From assembly GCA_963668175.1 (NCBI GenBank), contig OY764159.1:3968001-4032000 (forward strand): a DNA stretch of 64,000 nt, in the 5' to 3' direction. A program made the position numbers and the translations under genes. Source of the stretch: Syntrophales bacterium. Lineage in GTDB: Bacteria > Desulfobacterota > Syntrophia > Syntrophales > PHBD01. Below are positions 10,092 to 20,570 of this stretch, in pieces (the first letter of the stretch is position 1; every line of letters begins with the position of its first letter). A model generated the notes under the pieces. That model ran no database searches and had not been told where the DNA came from. It saw only the letters and a program-made list of their open reading frames with translations.

Positions 10092-11333
10092 TTATTGTCT
10101 GATGGCCATTAAGGTCGACAACATCGAATCCGCCGTGGTGATGACCTTGGCATTGGCCTGATAGGCCCTCTGGGCGGAAATCATGTTCATGAACTCCTTG
10201 GCTGTGTCCACATTCGATGTCTCCAGAGTGCTCGCATCTAGTTGACCAAGTCCGGCGGAATCGGGAGCGTTGAAGACGGCCTGCCCCGAACTGAAGGACT
10301 GGGCAAAGTAGTTCCCCACTTTCGACAAGCCGGTGGCACAAGGGAATTTGGCCAACATAACCCGGGCTATGTCCTGTGTCTGACCGTTGGTGAAGAGCCC
10401 CGTGACGACCCCCGAGCTGTCGACGCTGATGCTCTTCAGGCTGCCGGCGGGGTGCCCGTTGGAATAGAGTTGATTGGTGACCGACGTGGAGGCGTATTGC
10501 GTCAGGGAAAGGGCGCCGGTCCCCGTCAGATTCCACGTCACATCGGGAAATGTCGCACCGCCGGGATATACGAATCCGCTGGTATTGAACGAATAGGAAG
10601 CCGGAGATGTCAGGGCTCCGCTCGAGTTAAAGGTGAGAGGGCTGGCCGCACCGGTAGGGGTCAGCGTCAGGGTCGCCGTGACGGTTCCCGCCGCTCCCGT
10701 CTTGGTCAGGGTGGCCGTCGGGACCCACTGACCGGACGTCGCCGATTTCGTATAGGTTATAGTCAGTGTATGGTCGTTGCCCAAGGAGTCGTATACGGTC
10801 TGGGCGGTCTGATAGGTGGTGCCTGTAGCGGCATCTGCATTCAAATTAGCCGCGATACTGATGGTCGTCGAAGCCACGGGCGCCGACTGGACGGCCCCTA
10901 ATTGGAGAGAGGTCAGGGCCGTCGATTCGACGCCGTTGGTAATGATATGCCCTTGAACTTGAAAATCTTTCGTGTCGACCAAATAACCGTCCTTATCGAG
11001 GTGAAACGATCCGGCCCTTGTGTACAGGCGGGTTCCGGACGAATCGGTCACGATAAAGAAACCTTCGCCGTCAACCGCAAGATCCAAACCGGAGGATGTC
11101 GTTTCGAACGGTCCTTGTGTGAAATCGTTCTCGATGTTCTGGACATTGACTCCCTGACCGACCTGCGTGCCCGAACTTCCCGTTGTCAGGCTCTGGTTCA
11201 GCATGCTTTCGAAATAGATCGATCCCCCCTTAAAACCCAAGGTATTGGAATTGGCCAGGTTGTTGCCGATAACGTCCAGTTCCTTGGAAGCAGCGGCCAG
11301 CCCTGTTGTTCCTATGGATATTGCACTTGACAT
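10092..11333 (-). CDS. flgE: Flagellar hook protein FlgE
   Basis: IGNNLANSNTLGFK, DLAVDGEGFF, YTRAGSF and LETSNVD...QRAYQANAK. Confidence 0.96.
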   Translation of the reverse strand: MSSAISIGTTGLAAASKELDVIGNNLANSNTLGFKGGSIYFESMLNQSLTTGSSGTQVGQGVNVQNIENDFTQGPFETTSSGLDLAVDGEGFFIVTDSSGTRLYTRAGSFHLDKDGYLVDTKDFQVQGHIITNGVESTALTSLQLGAVQSAPVASTTISIAANLNADAATGTTYQTAQTVYDSLGNDHTLTITYTKSATSGQWVPTATLTKTGAAGTVTATLTLTPTGAASPLTFNSSGALTSPASYSFNTSGFVYPGGATFPDVTWNLTGTGALSLTQYASTSVTNQLYSNGHPAGSLKSISVDSSGVVTGLFTNGQTQDIARVMLAKFPCATGLSKVGNYFAQSFSSGQAVFNAPDSAGLGQLDASTLETSNVDTAKEFMNMISAQRAYQANAKVITTADSMLSTLMAIRQ

Positions 11334-11389
11334 CGCTTGCGCCTCCTATCTCTCGTGCTTTAAAATCTTGCCATTGCCTTCGCAGGAAT

Positions 11390-12046
11390 CTATGCCTGCG
11401 TCGTTTTCACAGATACGATCGAGCTGAAAGGTACATCCTGCCCGTTGATCGTGAGATATATGCTGTTGTTTTTGAATTGAACGCCGGTAACGATTCCCGT
11501 GACCATGGTCGTGGCGGAGACATTATTTCCGCCTTTGTCGGTCGCTTTGACGCTGAATGTATAATTCCCTTTGGTCACATTTGCGGTGTTCCAGGTCACA
11601 GTGTTTGCGCCTTTGGCCTGGTCCGTATAATTCAGGGTGTCCACGAGTGTGCCGTGTTCATCGTAAATACTGACGGTGACTTGCTTGGCGTCCTTGTCCA
11701 AACTGTATGTCAGAGCCGTTGAATCGCCGTTGACCACAACACTGTTCCCGGCCGTGGTCGTCACTTGTTTCCCGATCAGGGATATCGACTGGGCCTCCGT
11801 ACTGGCATTCTGGGCCGAACTCATATTTGCCAGTTGCGTACTCATATTTGTCAATTGTTCCAAACTGGTGAACTGCGCCAGTTGGGCGGCAAAATCGGTC
11901 CCATCGACAGGTTTGAGAGGATCCTGGTTTTTCAACTGAGCCAAAAGCATCTTCAGGAAATCGTCCTTACCCAAGGTTTTCTTGCTGGTTGTCGTGCTTG
12001 CGGCACTGGATATACTGCTGCTGTCGACATAAGGTGTGCTAGTCAT
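11390..12046 (-). CDS. flgD: Flagellar hook capping protein FlgD
   Basis: FLKMLLAQLKNQDPLKP...AQLAQFTSLEQ. Confidence 0.96.
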   Translation of the reverse strand: MTSTPYVDSSSISSAASTTTSKKTLGKDDFLKMLLAQLKNQDPLKPVDGTDFAAQLAQFTSLEQLTNMSTQLANMSSAQNASTEAQSISLIGKQVTTTAGNSVVVNGDSTALTYSLDKDAKQVTVSIYDEHGTLVDTLNYTDQAKGANTVTWNTANVTKGNYTFSVKATDKGGNNVSATTMVTGIVTGVQFKNNSIYLTINGQDVPFSSIVSVKTTQA

Positions 12047-12073
12047 TCCCTTTCACCTCATATTTCTTTCTCG

Positions 12074-13441
12074 TTATATAAAAACACTGATTATCCCCGA
12101 ACTTTCTTCCGCACGTATTCGGTTCAGCGCGGGATATTCGTCGGTTGCCGTTTCCCGACCGCCGGCATTGGAACCGCCGTCATTCCCCCAGAAGGCACTA
12201 CCCCCGGCATACTCGCGGAAGTTTCTGCCCTGACTGCCATTCTGCCATTGAATATTGAAGCGATCCATCTGCAGGCCGCGATCCTGCAAGGCATTCTTAA
12301 GATCGTCGAGATGGGTCTGGAGAATCTGCCGGACGTCCTTATTGTCCGCCATAACCGTCACTTCGACGCGGTTGCTTCGGACCCGGACATCCATATCCAG
12401 CGTTCCCAAAGACGGCGGATTCAACTTTAGCTTGACCCTCCCTTCGCCCTTCTCGAGAAGTTCCCGGGAATTGACGATTTGTTCGATCAGGTCCTGGGGC
12501 CTCAGATTGGCCGTCGATTCCGTCTGGGACGGAGGCAACTTTTCGCTGCCCGTTACGTTCTGGCGCTGATCCACGACTGTACCCAGGATGGTTTTTGTCG
12601 ATATGTTCATACTTTCATGGCCGGCATTCTCTCCTGCCGCTGTTTTTGTTTCCTGAAGGAGCGCATTGGTTACATTGCTGTCACGGCCGGCAAGTGACAT
12701 CTTTTCCTTCTGGGTTTCGAGAAGCATATCGTTAATGCCGGCCTCATTTGTCAGCGGTTCCTGGCTGCCTGTCAATTTATCCGGGACATGAGTATCGTTT
12801 TTTTGCACACCGGAATTTTTCTGCAGGTCCTTGTCCCGGCTCATGTATTTCTTTAACGCATCGGCTAAATCTTTATTATCCGTAACGTTCTCTTTCTTTA
12901 GCGACGACGCGTTTTTAACCTGAGCAAGTATTTCGTTTACCTTCTCGTCGGAGATGCCGCTTTGCTTCAACAGCGCGGCAATATCTTTCAGAAAGGCACT
13001 CTCCTCGGCCGAATTTGCAGCATCTGCGTCCTTTGCCGCTTCAGTTGCTGCAGTAGCTGTCACTTCGGCTGTCTGTTTATTTTTAGCCACATCTTCACTG
13101 CTTTTATCGCTTTTTTCCTCTTTAGATGTTTTGTCGGCGGCAGTCTGCTGATTCGTATGACTGTCCGCATCGGTTTTTCTTTCACGCTGCGTTTTCGTAT
13201 CGGCGGGTGCAGCCGCCTGATTCGTTTTCGGGGCCTGACCGTCCGCACTCTTTTTTTGGCCGTATTCTTGAGTTGTTATCCTGTTCTGGAGGATATTGGC
13301 AAACATGGACATGACATCCGTGGAGGACGAATCGGCGTCGCCTTCCTTCTTTTCTGACTTTTGCCTCTGCGACACGGCATCGGAATAATCTGCCGCTTTC
13401 GAGTTGGTTTCCGCTGCGCCGGTTCGAAACGATTCCATCAT
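12074..13441 (-). CDS. fliK: Flagellar hook-length control protein FliK
   Basis: Low-complexity N-terminus and C-terminal LKLNPPSLG T3S4 domain; precedes flgD. Confidence 0.9.
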   Translation of the reverse strand: MMESFRTGAAETNSKAADYSDAVSQRQKSEKKEGDADSSSTDVMSMFANILQNRITTQEYGQKKSADGQAPKTNQAAAPADTKTQRERKTDADSHTNQQTAADKTSKEEKSDKSSEDVAKNKQTAEVTATAATEAAKDADAANSAEESAFLKDIAALLKQSGISDEKVNEILAQVKNASSLKKENVTDNKDLADALKKYMSRDKDLQKNSGVQKNDTHVPDKLTGSQEPLTNEAGINDMLLETQKEKMSLAGRDSNVTNALLQETKTAAGENAGHESMNISTKTILGTVVDQRQNVTGSEKLPPSQTESTANLRPQDLIEQIVNSRELLEKGEGRVKLKLNPPSLGTLDMDVRVRSNRVEVTVMADNKDVRQILQTHLDDLKNALQDRGLQMDRFNIQWQNGSQGRNFREYAGGSAFWGNDGGSNAGGRETATDEYPALNRIRAEESSGIISVFI

Positions 13442-13464
13442 TCACCTTCCTTTTCGAGTGGTAA

Positions 13465-13480
13465 AGCAAGCGGCGTGCCA
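13465..13480 (-). promoter_or_regulatory. sigma54 promoter for fliK-flgD-flgE
   Basis: Minus strand TGGCACGCCGCTTGCT, a full consensus match. An IHF-like TAACAACATATTA lies at 13510-13522. Confidence 0.88.
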
Positions 13481-13802
13481 CCGGGAACAGCTTCGTTATT
13501 TACAAGCAATAACAACATATTACATTTTATACTCCATCACGCATGTTTGAGAAACAGGAAATATTTGCCCGCGTATCGGGACAGAAGATGAACAGAAAAT
13601 GCCTGCCGATCAAGAAAGGTTGCGGTCTATTTCTTCCGGACGCCGGCATGATCACCCGCCCGGTCTGTCGCAGTCGTTTTTTATTGACAAGTCGCGACGA
13701 TACAAGGTAACAGGAAGCCTGGAGATGCTGCGTAACGCCAACCCCGCAGCCTTGAAACGAAAAGGCGGCGAGATGGAAGAAGAGGAGGCACGATAACACT
13801 CT

Positions 13803-14276
13803 ATGGACGTAAGGTTTATCAACCCGTTTCTTGAAGCAACCGTTGAAGTTCTAAAGACAATGGCATTCGTCATCCCGACACCGGGAAAACCTTTCGCCCA
13901 TCAGAAGGGGGAACCCGCCTTCGGCGACGTTTCGGGAGTTATCGGTCTATCCGGGCAGGCCAAGGGGTCGCTGGCGCTCAGTTTCAAGGAATCGTGCATC
14001 CTGGTGATTATCACCAACATGCTGGGCGAAACCTATAAGGAGATCAACAATGAAGTGGCCGACGCCGTCGGTGAACTCACCAATATGATCTCCGGGGTGG
14101 CGAGGAAGAAGCTGGAGGCAAGCGGATTAACCATCACGGCGGCTATCCCGTCTGTCATTGTGGGGAAGAACCATTCAATACAGCATGTTCTGGGCGGTCC
14201 CAGCGTCATTATCCCCTTCCATATCGGGGAAAACACCTTCGTCGTCGACGTTTGCGTTTCTGCTGACGGAAACTGA
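13803..14276 (+). CDS. cheX: Chemotaxis phosphatase CheX
   Basis: FINPFLEA, SGVIGLSG and DAVGELTNMISG (ExxN). Confidence 0.92.
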   Translation: MDVRFINPFLEATVEVLKTMAFVIPTPGKPFAHQKGEPAFGDVSGVIGLSGQAKGSLALSFKESCILVIITNMLGETYKEINNEVADAVGELTNMISGVARKKLEASGLTITAAIPSVIVGKNHSIQHVLGGPSVIIPFHIGENTFVVDVCVSADGN

Positions 14277-14299
14277 CGGCCTTTTACTTTCGCGAAAAC

Positions 14300-14917
14300 C
14301 TATTGCCCCGGGGCAGCCGGCTTGTCTTCGGGGACGAATTTGCCTGCCCGGGTGATCTCTTTCGTTATTTCGACCGCCTTCGTGGGATTGATGTAACCCC
14401 ACATAATGCCGGCTTTATCCCTTTTCATGTTCATTGTGATGGCCGCAGCTGTCTGCACGTCCATCCTTTCCATCATGGCTCCCGCTTTGTCGGGCGGCGT
14501 CGCCTCATAGACTTTCGCCAGATCCTTGTACTTCTTGTTGGCCGATACCTTGTCCGCCTCCAGTTTGGCCGTCAACTGCTCCTCCAGCTTACGCAGAACG
14601 TCGATTTTTGCTGCGATTTCGGTCTTCAAGGCGGACAGTTTCTGTTCTTCGCCCTTGACGGCCACTTCCCGGCTGTCGAGTTCGGCGTTCCTCTTCTGCA
14701 GAGCAGATGCAAGGTCTCTTTCCTTTTGAAGGGGATCGGCTCCTGCTTCCTTCGGAGCCGGCTGTTCGGCCGTTTTGCCGGTCGGCTGTGCAATGGCCAA
14801 AGACGTGAGATACGATCCGGCATTCTCCATTTTTTGCCAGAATTCACCGATGATGGATATTTTCGCCAGGAAAAGAACTATGACGAATATCTGGATGATG
14901 ACAATCATTTTTTTCAT
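14300..14917 (-). CDS. MotE/YlxF/FlbB-like flagellar protein (coiled coil + MgtE_N-like)
   Basis: N-terminal TM, coiled coil and LAKVYEATPPDKAG motif; canonical position after fliJ. Confidence 0.8.
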   Translation of the reverse strand: MKKMIVIIQIFVIVLFLAKISIIGEFWQKMENAGSYLTSLAIAQPTGKTAEQPAPKEAGADPLQKERDLASALQKRNAELDSREVAVKGEEQKLSALKTEIAAKIDVLRKLEEQLTAKLEADKVSANKKYKDLAKVYEATPPDKAGAMMERMDVQTAAAITMNMKRDKAGIMWGYINPTKAVEITKEITRAGKFVPEDKPAAPGQ

Positions 14918-15354
14918 GACGCTCTCCTACTGAAGCCCTGTAAGGAAATTTCGTCCAGAACCTTACGCTCCCGCAGTTCATTAGTGATCTCATATTCACG
15001 ACGCTGGCGCTTCTTCAAATTCTCCAGCATCTTTCTTTTCTTGACCGCTTCGACGACTTCCTGCCGCTTGGCTTCCACGGCATCCTGCGCCATGACGACA
15101 ACCGCCTGTTGGCGATCGACCCGGCCGTGGAGGAATTCAATATATGAAACGTACATGCCGATATCGGCGGCCGTTACCTCCCGATCCTGCATCTCCCTGA
15201 GGCATCCGATACTTGCCCGTCTCTCTTCCTTCAAGGCTTCCAACAGACCCGCTTCTTTCTCCAGGTTCCTCTTCTTTTCGGAAAATTCCCTGAGCAATGT
15301 ATCCTCAAAAGCCTTTCTTGCATTCAGAACCGATTCCAGCCGAAACTTAAACAT
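14914..15354 (-). CDS. fliJ: Flagellar export protein FliJ
   Basis: FKFRLESVL N-terminus, coiled coil, C-terminal LDE; follows fliI. Confidence 0.92.
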   Translation of the reverse strand: MFKFRLESVLNARKAFEDTLLREFSEKKRNLEKEAGLLEALKEERRASIGCLREMQDREVTAADIGMYVSYIEFLHGRVDRQQAVVVMAQDAVEAKRQEVVEAVKKRKMLENLKKRQRREYEITNELRERKVLDEISLQGFSRRAS

Positions 15355-15460
15355 GGCAACCCCAAAGGCATCCCTTCCGAATCTTTCGATTCAAGATATG
15401 AGGACATTAAAACCCACCCGATCCATCTTCGAATGGCAAAAACTGTCTTCCCGGAGGCCG

Positions 15461-16783
15461 TCACTGAAGGAGGTCTGACAATTCCTTTAGCGACCTTCCG
15501 AAATTGACCTTTTCACTGATGCCCTGTTTCAGATACGCATTGACGCGGTCGATCATTTTAATGGCATAGTCGATCTCGGGATTGCTGCCATGGACATAGG
15601 CCCCGATATTGATCAAATCTTCAGCTCTCCTGTATGTCGCGACGATATTCAGAAGGCGGTTGGCTTTATCGCGATGTTCCTCCTCGACGATGTCGATCAT
15701 GACTCTGCTGACGCTGTCCAGGACATCAACCGCCGGATAGTGGTTCCGGTTCGCTAAATCCCTCGAAAGGGTGATATGCCCGTCAAGAATGGCCCGCGTC
15801 GAATCGGATACCGGCTCATTAAAATCGTCGCCCTCGACCAGAATCGTATACAGCCCTGTAATACTCCCCGACCCTTCCAGGGTGCCGGCGCGTTCAAGCA
15901 ATTTGGGCAGGAGCGAGAAGACGGACGGCGTATACCCCTTGGTAGCCGGCGGTTCCCCCACGGATAACCCCACTTCTCGCTGGGCCATGGCAAAACGCGT
16001 CAGCGAATCGACCATCAGAAGGACGTGAAGCCCCCGGTCGCGGAAATACTCGGATACGGCCGTGGCTACATACGCCGCCCTCATCCGGATCAAGGGATGC
16101 CGGTCCGAAGCGGAAACGACAACCACCGACCTTGCCAATCCTTCCTCCCCCAGATTCTTTTCCAGAAATTCTCTGACTTCCCGACCTCTTTCGCCGATAA
16201 GACCTATGACATTCACATCGGCATTCGTATTTTTAGCCATCATGCCCAGAAGGACGCTCTTGCCGACGCCGGACCCCGCATAGATACCCATTCTCTGGCC
16301 TCTCCCGCAGCTGAAAAGACCGTTGATAACGCGGATTCCCAAGTCCATCGGCTCACTGATGGGGTCCCGCTGCAGCGGATTAATCGGTTCGGCGTACAGA
16401 GGAAAACTCTTCTCGTATTCGATCGGTCCCTTGCCGTCGATAGGGTTCCCCAATCCGTCTATAACGCGCCCCAGAAGCTTCGGTCCTACGCCGATATTGG
16501 CCTTCCGGCCGTAGGAAAGGATCCTGCAGCCCGGCCCTAATCCCTGAAGGGTTTCCAGGGGCATCAGAAGCACTTTTCCCTTCCTGAACCCGACCACTTC
16601 GGCCATGATGGGACATTGTTGCGCACTGTCACCGTGGGGAAAAATGGCGCACATATCTCCGATGGACGCGATCGGGCCATGCCCCTCCACGACCAGCCCG
16701 ATGATCTCACTAACCTTGCCGTAGACGACGATAGGGTTGGCTTCCCGGACCAGTCGCTCATATTTTTTCAAATGGACTTGCAT
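15461..16783 (-). CDS. fliI: Flagellar export ATPase FliI
   Basis: AGSGVGKS, GERGREV and DSLTRFAMAQRE. Confidence 0.97.
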   Translation of the reverse strand: MQVHLKKYERLVREANPIVVYGKVSEIIGLVVEGHGPIASIGDMCAIFPHGDSAQQCPIMAEVVGFRKGKVLLMPLETLQGLGPGCRILSYGRKANIGVGPKLLGRVIDGLGNPIDGKGPIEYEKSFPLYAEPINPLQRDPISEPMDLGIRVINGLFSCGRGQRMGIYAGSGVGKSVLLGMMAKNTNADVNVIGLIGERGREVREFLEKNLGEEGLARSVVVVSASDRHPLIRMRAAYVATAVSEYFRDRGLHVLLMVDSLTRFAMAQREVGLSVGEPPATKGYTPSVFSLLPKLLERAGTLEGSGSITGLYTILVEGDDFNEPVSDSTRAILDGHITLSRDLANRNHYPAVDVLDSVSRVMIDIVEEEHRDKANRLLNIVATYRRAEDLINIGAYVHGSNPEIDYAIKMIDRVNAYLKQGISEKVNFGRSLKELSDLLQ

Positions 16784-16836
16784 ACGTGCATTCGGGTCTT
16801 TCTTAACGGATACCTCAAAAGACCGGCATCCGACCT

Positions 16837-17526
16837 TCAGGTATCGTTTCCGGACAGAAGGGTTTTCATCTCGCCGAGCTGCCTGTCGACTCTGGCATCC
16901 ACTTCCCCGAAAAGGGATTCGATAACCGCCCCGCCTTTCATGATTTTATCGTCTTCTTCAAGAATGATGTGCTTCACACCGTCGATCGCCTGGAAGAAAT
17001 CGGACTTGATCTCCAGCATATACCGATAATCCTGCGGATTGAGCCTGATCTTCAGCTCTTCCTTGTCTACGATGCTTTTGATGGCATCTGTCAGAACGGC
17101 CTTGATCACATCCCGATTCGTCTGAACCTCCTGATGAACGACCTTTTCCGCTATGGCATAAGCAAGTCCGACAATATCCCGTTCAGCACCTTCCAGGATA
17201 TGCTGTTTCAGAGAATCGATTTCCCTGATCGCCTCTGCGAGCGCCTGGACCGTATGAGAGGCATCCTGCCTCTGTTTCTCGATCCCTTTTTTAAACCCCT
17301 CATCATAACCCCGTTGGAACGATGCCTTCTTCTCCCTGTTAAGGGCGGCTTCATGATCGAGTCGTTCCTGTTCTTTCTTCGATATTTTAGTCGCCGCCGA
17401 AATACCGTCCTGATCGTCGGCAGATTTATATTGCATCCGCATGAACTCGGCGGAAGCAACATCTTCCGGATCGACGATGGTAACCGCTTCGGCCTTAATG
17501 ACCTTGCCACTTTTAGACAAATTCAT
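16837..17526 (-). CDS. fliH: Flagellar assembly protein FliH
   Basis: GxxxG repeats (GYDEGFKKG), LNPQD and GGAVIES..GEVDAR. Confidence 0.92.
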   Translation of the reverse strand: MNLSKSGKVIKAEAVTIVDPEDVASAEFMRMQYKSADDQDGISAATKISKKEQERLDHEAALNREKKASFQRGYDEGFKKGIEKQRQDASHTVQALAEAIREIDSLKQHILEGAERDIVGLAYAIAEKVVHQEVQTNRDVIKAVLTDAIKSIVDKEELKIRLNPQDYRYMLEIKSDFFQAIDGVKHIILEEDDKIMKGGAVIESLFGEVDARVDRQLGEMKTLLSGNDT

Positions 17527-18511
17527 CGGACGCTTCGCCGCCTCTTGAAATGACGATCTTTCCTTCCGTCTCCAGCCGCTTGGTCACTTCCACGATATTC
17601 CTTTGACTGGTTTCCACCTCGGAGAGTCGGATCGGAGGCATCATTTCGATATCCTCCTTCAGCATTTCCGCTCCGCGCTTGGACATATTGCGGAAAACCT
17701 TCTGCCTGGATGGTTCGTCGACGACCTTGAGGGCCCGCGCCAGGTCTTCCGTGCTGACCTCTCTCAGCATCTCCTGGATGCTCTTGTCGTCCAGTTTGAG
17801 CACATCTTCAAAATTGAACATCAGGTTTCTGATTTGGGCTGCCAGCTCCGGGTCGGCATCCTCAAGAGAAGTCATGATGGCGCTTTCGTTCGTACGGCTC
17901 ATCGTATTCAATATCTCCGCGATCATGCGAACGCCGCCTAATTGCTGATCGGTCGAACCTCCGACAAGGATCTGCTTTTCCAGTGTTTTCGCAACTTCCT
18001 CGATGAACTCATAGGGAACGCTTTTCAGGGTTGCCATTCTCTTCGTGATCTCAAACTGCATGGCGGGTGAAAAGTTTTCGAGAATCTGGGCGGCCTGATC
18101 GGGCTTCAAATGCGCCAGAATCAATGCGATCGTCTGCGGATGCTCCGTTCTGGTAAAGTCCATGAGGACCTTGGGATCGACATCCCGGAGCTTGTCGATA
18201 ATGGGATTGTCGAAGGATCTCGCCGATTCGACATCGGACATGAGCTCAGACGCTTCCGTCTCGCCGAGGGCTTTGTAAACGATCGTCTTGGTAACGCCCT
18301 CGTGAACGCTAAGCATATCTCCTTTTTCTCTGGCCAGGGTTACGAACTCCTTGGCGATGGCGTTAATCGTATCTCCCGGTATGCTCTTGATTCTGGTCAT
18401 ATACCGGGTAATACGCTTGATTTCCGAAGGCCGGAAATTCTTCATGACTTCCGCTGCGAGGTCCTCGCCTAAAAGCAGAAGCATGATGGCCGCCTTCTCT
18501 TCGCTTGTCAT
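17513..18511 (-). CDS. fliG: Flagellar motor switch protein FliG
   Basis: KAAIMLLLLG, EHPQTIALIL and MFNFED. Confidence 0.97.
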   Translation of the reverse strand: MTSEEKAAIMLLLLGEDLAAEVMKNFRPSEIKRITRYMTRIKSIPGDTINAIAKEFVTLAREKGDMLSVHEGVTKTIVYKALGETEASELMSDVESARSFDNPIIDKLRDVDPKVLMDFTRTEHPQTIALILAHLKPDQAAQILENFSPAMQFEITKRMATLKSVPYEFIEEVAKTLEKQILVGGSTDQQLGGVRMIAEILNTMSRTNESAIMTSLEDADPELAAQIRNLMFNFEDVLKLDDKSIQEMLREVSTEDLARALKVVDEPSRQKVFRNMSKRGAEMLKEDIEMMPPIRLSEVETSQRNIVEVTKRLETEGKIVISRGGEASDEFV

Positions 18512-18558
18512 CGCTCATCCCTTTTCATTCTTATTGAATTTGAAAATATAATAATAGA

Positions 18559-20112
18559 TTACAGCCAGCTTCGCAATAGCTCGGCGAATTTTTTCGAATC
18601 GGCGGCTGCCAACTGCTTGACCAGATCCGCTTCCGTGGCGGGCTTTTCTTCCCCGGTCAAGGCCTTGAGTCCCGGCAGAGCGCCTTCGGCCCTGGTTTCA
18701 CCCGGAATGGCCGCAGCGGCTGCGCCGGCAGGCAAAGCCTCGGCTCCCGGTTCGCGATACACGGGTGGTGCCATCAGGGTCTTGACCAGCGGCCTCACGA
18801 CAAACATGAACACCAGGAATATCGCGGCGAAAATGGCTGCATATTTGATTAAAGGAGAGAAGGTGGCCGTTGCGCTGACAACTTTATCCTGCCAGGTTCC
18901 TGCAAATCCCGCTTCGGTATCCTTCTGGAAAGGCATACTGGTGACGACAACCTGATCACCCCGGGTAGCATTGAAACCTGCCGACTTTCTGACGACATCC
19001 TCCAGGGTGTCCAGTTCCTTCTTGTCTCTGGGCTGAAAGGTTTCGGCTCCCTTGGCATCTTTCGTATACGTTCCGTCGACCATGACGGCAATGGACAGCT
19101 TCTTGATTTCGCCGACGGGCATGACGGTCTTGCTCGTTACCTTGTTTATTTCATAATTGATAAGCTCATCCGATTTCTCCTGCTGGGGCGTTCCTGCTCC
19201 GGCTCCGGTAGCCATCTGCTTTTCCGCTTGCTTTTGACTGCTTCTGACAACCGGCGATTCGGGATCGAATGTTTCTTCCGTCTTCTCCGTCACCCGGAAA
19301 TCGATATCGGCGGCAACCCGCACCACAGCCTTACCGGACCCGACAACATTTTCCAGCATGGACTTGATCTGTGCAGCCAGGTCTTTTTCCACGGTCCTCT
19401 GATATTCGACCTGGGAATTGGAAAGATTGGTCAGCTTCGATCCGCTCTTATTTTTCGAGAGGATGTTTCCCTGACTGTCGACGACCATGACGTCCTCGGC
19501 ATTCAATCCTTCAACGCTGCTGGCAACGAGGTGGGCGATGCCCTCGATCTGGGGCTGCTGTAGTGTCCGCCCCCCTTTCAATTTAACCGTGACGGAAGCC
19601 GTCGGCTTTTTCTGCTGCTCGATGAAAAGCGAATCCCTGGGAATAACGATATGGACCCTGCTGCTCGCGATTTCATCAAGACTGTTGATCGTTCTCGATA
19701 ATTCGCCCTGGAGGGCCCTTCGGTAATTGAGCTGCTGCTCAAACTCCGTGGCCCCCATCATTTTTTTGTCAAAGATTTCGAATCCGACACCCCCGCCCTG
19801 GGGCAGCCCCGATGCAGCCAGTTCGAGCCTCGTCTCCGCCACCTTGTCGGCGGGAACGGAAATCGTGCTGCCCGAGGCGGATATCTGATAGGGAATCTTC
19901 TTCTCCTGCAATTTTGAAACGATGCTCGAGGCATCTTCGCTGGTCAGGTTGGAAAACAGGACCCGATAATCCACCTGTCCCGTATAATAGACAACTCCTA
20001 TGATACCCAGAATGGCCACCGCGGCGACGACACCCAGGGATATCTTTTTGGCCGCTCCCAGGGCATTGAAATTCTTCCAGGCATTGGAAAACATTTGCAG
20101 GATAGGATTCAT
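18559..20112 (-). CDS. fliF: Flagellar MS-ring protein FliF
   Basis: Two TMs, GFEIFD, RALQGELSRTI and ASSVEGL. Confidence 0.96.
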   Translation of the reverse strand: MNPILQMFSNAWKNFNALGAAKKISLGVVAAVAILGIIGVVYYTGQVDYRVLFSNLTSEDASSIVSKLQEKKIPYQISASGSTISVPADKVAETRLELAASGLPQGGGVGFEIFDKKMMGATEFEQQLNYRRALQGELSRTINSLDEIASSRVHIVIPRDSLFIEQQKKPTASVTVKLKGGRTLQQPQIEGIAHLVASSVEGLNAEDVMVVDSQGNILSKNKSGSKLTNLSNSQVEYQRTVEKDLAAQIKSMLENVVGSGKAVVRVAADIDFRVTEKTEETFDPESPVVRSSQKQAEKQMATGAGAGTPQQEKSDELINYEINKVTSKTVMPVGEIKKLSIAVMVDGTYTKDAKGAETFQPRDKKELDTLEDVVRKSAGFNATRGDQVVVTSMPFQKDTEAGFAGTWQDKVVSATATFSPLIKYAAIFAAIFLVFMFVVRPLVKTLMAPPVYREPGAEALPAGAAAAAIPGETRAEGALPGLKALTGEEKPATEADLVKQLAAADSKKFAELLRSWL

Positions 20113-20228
20113 GGATCGATCGCTCTTACTTTGGATTTATGCGTCTGTAAAATTGGGTCAGCCCCGATTTTCCCAGCCATACTCCTGATTTTATTTCGCA
20201 TCGTCTTGATCGGCTGCCCGGATAGTCG

Positions 20229-20543
20229 CTACACGCTCATTCTCATGACTTCCTGGTAGGCATCGATGATTTTATTTCTGACCTGCAGCATCGCGCGGAA
20301 CGATATATCCGCTTTCTCAAGGGCAATCATCGCTTCGTGAATGCTTCCGGTTTTGTCCACCTGCACTTTCGTAATGGCCGCATCGGCATCCATCTGCAAT
20401 TTGTTGATATCCTGGATGGCGTCCTTCAGAACGGTCCCAAAACCTTTCTGGGTCGCCTGGGCTGCCGATGTACTTTTCTTGATATCGGGTACGGAAGGAG
20501 GGATAAGGCTTTTGCTGCTTATGGTTAATTTGTCATCCATCAC
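20229..20543 (-). CDS. fliE: Hook-basal body protein FliE
   Basis: QVRNKIIDAYQEVMRMSV. Confidence 0.96.
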   Translation of the reverse strand: MMDDKLTISSKSLIPPSVPDIKKSTSAAQATQKGFGTVLKDAIQDINKLQMDADAAITKVQVDKTGSIHEAMIALEKADISFRAMLQVRNKIIDAYQEVMRMSV

Positions 20544-20570
20544 AACCTCCTGTCAAAATGCATCGTAATC

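Noticed and set aside
13700..13800. Riboswitch in the cheX leader (small hairpins)
   Set aside because: No match to c-di-GMP-I/II consensus by eye; needs an Infernal/Rfam search.
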